Shown piece after piece: positions 53,605 through 57,577 of a stretch of DNA of 57,577 nucleotides (within the stretch, counting starts at the first letter, position 1; each line of letters starts with the position of its first letter). Origin of the DNA: Clostridia bacterium (GTDB lineage Bacteria; Bacillota; Sulfobacillia; JAJZYS01; JAJYTV01); NCBI GenBank assembly GCA_027420455.1, contig DAIBJA010000025.1, positions 1 through 57,577 of the forward strand, read 5' to 3'. The position numbers and the translations under genes were made by a program. The notes beneath the pieces are model-generated. The model saw only the letters and a list, made by a program, of their open reading frames with translations. It ran no database searches and was not told where the DNA came from.

Positions 53605-55980
53605 ATGACGCAAGCGAGGCCCAGCGAAGCGGTCGCGGGACGAGATCCGCGGCGGGAAGGGGCAGGGGTCCAGGCTCTCGCCGTCCGGGTCAGCGGCACG
53701 GTGCAGGGGGTGGGGTTTCGGCCCTTCGTCTACCGCCTCGCGACGGAGTATGGGCTCGTGGGCCTGGTGCGCAACGAGGGCTCCTTCGTCCGCGTCGAGG
53801 CGCAGGGCCCGCCTGAGGCGCTCGAGGGCTTCCTGCGCGACCTCTGTGCCCGGGCGCCTGCCGCGGCGGCGATCGAGGGGCTCGCAGCCGAGCCGATCCC
53901 GGTGGGCGAACGGCAAGGCTTCTCGATCGTACCTTCGCGCGACGCCAGGCGTGAGGCGATGGGCATCCCCGTCGACAGCGCCATCTGCCCGGACTGCCTC
54001 AAGGACCTGAGGGATCCCGGGAGCCGCTACTACCGCTACCCCTTCACCTCGTGCACGCAGTGCGGGCCGCGCTACACGATCACGCGGCGCCTCCCCTTCG
54101 ATCGCGAGCGCACGGCGATGGACCTCTTCCCCCTCTGTACGGACTGCCAGGGCGACTACGTCGAGCCCGCTTCCCGCCGCTTCCACGCCCAGGCGACCGC
54201 GTGCGGCGCCTGCGGGCCGAGCCTCTTCTGGTGCGGGCCGGACGGCGTCCCGCACGGGGAGAACGAAGAGGCGCTGCGACGGGCGAAGGCCCTTCTCCGT
54301 GCCGGGGGCATCGTCGCCGTCATGGGCATCGGCGGATTCCACCTGGCGGTGGACGCGAGGAACGAAGGGGCGGTGCAGCGCCTCAGGCTCCGCAAACGGC
54401 GCCCCGGCAAGCCCCTCGCCGTCATGATGGCGGAAGACGAGGTGCCGCTGCATTGCCGCGTCTCGGCGGCCGAGCGGCGGGCGCTCTCTGGCCCGGCGCA
54501 TCCGATCGTGCTGCTCGAGCGGCTGGGCGGGACGGGCATCGCGCCCTCCGTGGCGCCGGGAATGGCGCGCCTCGGCGTGATGCTGCCGTACACGGGCCTT
54601 CATGTGCTTCTGCTCGAGGACGCCGACCTTTCGTGCCTCGTAATGACGAGCGGCAACCACAGCGGCGAGCCGCTCTCCTACTCGGTGGAGGGCGCACTCT
54701 CAGAACTCGGCGACGTGGCGGACGGCTTTCTCTGCCACACGCGGGAAATCGTCCGCCCGGTGGACGACTCGGTCCTTCGCGTGGCTCGAGAGGGACCGAT
54801 CCTGCTGCGCCGTGCGCGCGGCTTCGTGCCGAGGAGCATCGTGGTGCCGGGCTGCGATCCGCGGCTTCGGGCTTTCGCCGCGGGGGGCGACGTCAAGAAC
54901 GCCTTCGCCGTGCTGCGCGGCGGCCGCATCTGGCTGAGCCCGCACATCGGGGACCTCGCTGTGCCGAAGACCATGGCGCTCTTCGAGCGGGAGGTGTCGT
55001 GGTATCGGGAGGAGCTCGGGGCGGAGCCCGAGGTGGTCGTCCACGACCTCCATCCCGGCTATCGCGGCACGGCGTACGCCGGGAGCCTTCGGCGTCCTCT
55101 CGTCGCCGTGCAGCACCACCACGCCCACATCGCGGCGTGCCTGCTCGAACACGGCGTGACGGAGCCGGTCCTCGGACTCGCGCTCGATGGCGTCGGCTAT
55201 GGCGACGACGGCGGCATCTGGGGCGGCGAGGCTTTGCTCGTGGACGGCGCGGGCTACCGGCGGGTGGGGAGCCTCCTGCCCCTGCGGCTGGTGGGCGGCG
55301 ACGTCGCGGTGAAGGAGCCCTGGCGCCTCGCGGTCAGCTACCTTGAAGAAGTGGGGCGGTGGGACGAAGACGGGAAGGCTCTGCTGCAGAGGATGGGTGT
55401 AGCGGCGGACCTGGCGCGGCGGCTCGGGCAGGTGCTGCGCAGCCGCTACCCCGGCTTCGTCTCCACGAGCGCCGGACGGCTCTTTGACGCGGCGGGCGCC
55501 CTCATCCTGGGGCGCGCCAAGGCGAGCTTCGAGGGGGAGCTGCCGATGCTGCTCGAGGCGGCCGTTCGGCCGGAGGAGGTAGCCGCATACCCCTTCGACC
55601 TCGTCGAGGGCGAGCGGCTCCTCCTCGACTGGCGGCCCGCGTTCCTCGCCATGCTGGACGACTTGAGAGAGGGAGCGTCCGTGCCGGCCCTTGCGACCGG
55701 GCTCCATCGCGGCCTGGCGCGGGGCCTCGCTCGCGTGGCGCGACGCCTCTCGCGGCGCCACGGGCTCAAGTGCGTGGCGCTTGGCGGCGGCGTCTGGCAG
55801 AACGAGTGGCTCTTGCGCTGGTTCCTCGCCGAGATGGAGGGATCGGGAATCAGGGTGATCTGGCCGCGGGAGCTGCCGGTGGGGGATGGCGGGCTCGCTG
55901 TCGGGCAGCTTGCGGTCTTGATCGCGCTAAGGCGTCAAGGAATGGGTCGGGCTATTTCCTCGGAGACGCGCCGCACGTAG
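53605..55980 (+). CDS. hypF: Carbamoyltransferase HypF
   Basis: GTVQGVGFRPFVY, CPDC/CTQC/CTDC/CGAC zinc fingers, GIGGFHL, QHHHAH, DGVGYG, GDGGLAVGQ. Confidence 0.97.
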   Translation: MTQARPSEAVAGRDPRREGAGVQALAVRVSGTVQGVGFRPFVYRLATEYGLVGLVRNEGSFVRVEAQGPPEALEGFLRDLCARAPAAAAIEGLAAEPIPVGERQGFSIVPSRDARREAMGIPVDSAICPDCLKDLRDPGSRYYRYPFTSCTQCGPRYTITRRLPFDRERTAMDLFPLCTDCQGDYVEPASRRFHAQATACGACGPSLFWCGPDGVPHGENEEALRRAKALLRAGGIVAVMGIGGFHLAVDARNEGAVQRLRLRKRRPGKPLAVMMAEDEVPLHCRVSAAERRALSGPAHPIVLLERLGGTGIAPSVAPGMARLGVMLPYTGLHVLLLEDADLSCLVMTSGNHSGEPLSYSVEGALSELGDVADGFLCHTREIVRPVDDSVLRVAREGPILLRRARGFVPRSIVVPGCDPRLRAFAAGGDVKNAFAVLRGGRIWLSPHIGDLAVPKTMALFEREVSWYREELGAEPEVVVHDLHPGYRGTAYAGSLRRPLVAVQHHHAHIAACLLEHGVTEPVLGLALDGVGYGDDGGIWGGEALLVDGAGYRRVGSLLPLRLVGGDVAVKEPWRLAVSYLEEVGRWDEDGKALLQRMGVAADLARRLGQVLRSRYPGFVSTSAGRLFDAAGALILGRAKASFEGELPMLLEAAVRPEEVAAYPFDLVEGERLLLDWRPAFLAMLDDLREGASVPALATGLHRGLARGLARVARRLSRRHGLKCVALGGGVWQNEWLLRWFLAEMEGSGIRVIWPRELPVGDGGLAVGQLAVLIALRRQGMGRAISSETRRT

Positions 55981-56396
55981 AGGGGGAGACGCTCCTCGAG
56001 TAGCGCGGAGAGCCCTTCCCGGTAGCCAAGGGACAGGGGTTCGATCCCGAAGAGGATGATGTTGTCCGGGCACTGGCCCAGGCGCCTCGCGAGATCCAGG
56101 AGATGAAGGAGATCTCCGGAGTGTGGCGTGATGGAGTTCCCTTGGCGGCGGGAGGCGGCCTCCTCCGGAATAAAGCGCACGATCGCACCGGGCGTCTCGC
56201 CCATGCGGGCGCAGTCCACGATGATCGCGCGGTCCGCGCCGGATAGCGCGTCGAGGAGGCGCATGCCGGCGGTGCCGATGTCGAGAAGGCGCACGTCGGG
56301 CCGGTCTTCGAATGAGGGCTCGAGTTCCTGTATGATCCGCACGGCGACGCCTTCATCTTCGCGCAGCGGGTTGCCGAGTCCGACGACGACGGTCAT
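55935..56396 (-). CDS. Hydrogenase maturation protease
   Basis: VGLGNPLREDEGVA, IIVDC, TPH, GIEP. Convergent with hypF (46-bp overlap). Confidence 0.92.
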   Translation of the reverse strand: MTVVVGLGNPLREDEGVAVRIIQELEPSFEDRPDVRLLDIGTAGMRLLDALSGADRAIIVDCARMGETPGAIVRFIPEEAASRRQGNSITPHSGDLLHLLDLARRLGQCPDNIILFGIEPLSLGYREGLSALLEERLPLYVRRVSEEIARPIP

Positions 56397-56522
56397 GGAA
56401 GCACCCCTGTGGAATCCTCTGTGTTCCACGCCGAGTATACGGCAGGACGGCTCTGGAGGCGGCATTCGAGTGTGGTTTGCTTGCGTTGCGCGCGCAGGAA
56501 TGTTAGACTAACGCGTGCTCGG

Positions 56523-56599
<77 letters not shown>

Positions 56600-56621
56600 G
56601 AATTTACCGGTTGGCTTGGTC

Positions 56622-56716
56622 GAAACCCGCTTCCCGCAAGGGTTGCGGGTTTCGTGTTTTCCAGTGCTTGCCGTGCGACGCGTGGCCTTTGCGCAGTTGC
56701 CACCCAAGTTGCCACC
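56622..56716. repeat. Hairpin plus short direct repeat after tRNA-Arg (possible att junction)
   Basis: GAAACCCGC...GCGGGTTTC inverted repeat (56622-53) and AGTTGCCACC twice (56695-704, 56707-716). Confidence 0.5.
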
Positions 56717-56897
56717 GAAAGTACCGGGGGGATCGTCGTCGAGGGGAGTCGGCGAGGGCACCGCTGGGGCTACAGGCAGGAGGAGGCAGAGCGGCCAAGA
56801 ATTTTAATCAGGACGTTTTTACCGGGACTGGAACAGTCCGGACGACCGTCAGCGTCTCCGCGCAGGAAGATCCCGGTCGGAAGGTAGGCGATTCATC

Positions 56898-57545
56898 GTG
56901 TCTCCATTGGTCAAGGGTGCTGTGAGATTGCTGCCGTTCGCGGCGGCAGCGCTCCTGGGTCTTACCCTGCTGATGCCGGCGGCAAGCGCAAGCTCGAACC
57001 CGGCTGCGGGGGAGACGCTGACGGACTGGCATTACGTTGAGAAGCCCCAGCCCACCATCGAATTCGACTATGGTCCTTCAGATGAGCCTTTGAGCTTGCC
57101 TAACGGACGCGACCCGTTTCGGCCCAAGGGTGGCTACCAAACCATCGACGCCCACTGGGGCGGCTTCGATAATCCGGCCCCGCTCATTTGGTACACCGAA
57201 CACGCCTGTGGCAACGGCTGTGATACCAGCATCGCCGCCATCTTGATGGGCAAGGGCGTCAAGTACGCTCCCGACCTCATCAAGATCATGAACGCCGAGC
57301 ACTTCTCGCCAGGAATGATCGGAGCGCCGGTGCCGAAGGGCATCACAACGCCTGCTCAAAGCCGCTTTACCTACGCCGACGGCTGGATCTATCCGGAAGC
57401 ACTTACGCCGCCAAACAACGGTGTCGACAAGCTCGGCCCCGGTAAGGCTATCCACCACTTCGGCCGGATCTACGTGATTCCGTACAAGGACTGCTACTTC
57501 ATCCCCGGCACCGAGACCGTCTGGGCCCGGGAAGTCTGCAAGTAG
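56898..57545 (+). CDS. Hypothetical secreted protein
   Basis: Signal peptide RLLPFAAAALLGLTLLMPAASA. Pro/Gly/Tyr-rich mature part with CGNGC. Start may be GTG 56922. Confidence 0.7.
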   Translation: MSPLVKGAVRLLPFAAAALLGLTLLMPAASASSNPAAGETLTDWHYVEKPQPTIEFDYGPSDEPLSLPNGRDPFRPKGGYQTIDAHWGGFDNPAPLIWYTEHACGNGCDTSIAAILMGKGVKYAPDLIKIMNAEHFSPGMIGAPVPKGITTPAQSRFTYADGWIYPEALTPPNNGVDKLGPGKAIHHFGRIYVIPYKDCYFIPGTETVWAREVCK

Positions 57546-57577
57546 GAACGCGCCCCGAAGAGCCGACTCTGCGGGGG

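Overview
Replication-origin region of a high-GC, apparently spore-forming Bacillota (Firmicutes) chromosome. The gene order resembles Thermaerobacter/Sulfobacillus/Symbiobacterium-type genomes, but that placement is an inference. Left arm (almost all minus strand): a DUF2899-type putative Mn transporter cut by the window edge and missed by the ORF track, purA, dnaB, rplI, DUF2232, MazG-like, rpsR-ssb-rpsF with an S6:S18-type leader, DUF951, cvpA, TPR, ykvI, yyaC, ykuS, lipid kinase, DUF4446, parS, parB-parA-noc, rsmG, jag, yidC, yidD, rnpA, rpmH. A bipartite oriC flanks dnaA. Right arm: dnaA-dnaN-yaaA-recF-DUF721-remB-gyrB (with a 560-aa HTH/LAGLIDADG intein), two inserted antisense genes, gyrA, a Coat-F protein, an S53 peptidase, DUF192, pdxST, a serine T-box followed by mtnA and then serS, and two tRNA-Ser genes. 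About 17.5 kb of accessory genes follow (APC permease, split Ku/LigD NHEJ, NiCoT transporter, lipoprotein, group 3b [NiFe]-hydrogenase with hypCDEABF and maturation protease), then tRNA-Arg(ACG) and a possible island junction. I cannot support a wholly new multi-gene system here. The most unusual items are mtnA under a Ser T-box, the beta-gamma fused hydrogenase subunit with an in-frame TAA, the GyrB intein and its apparently co-transferred flank, a perfect Noc-binding site inside noc, and the absence of mnmE/mnmG from their usual locus.
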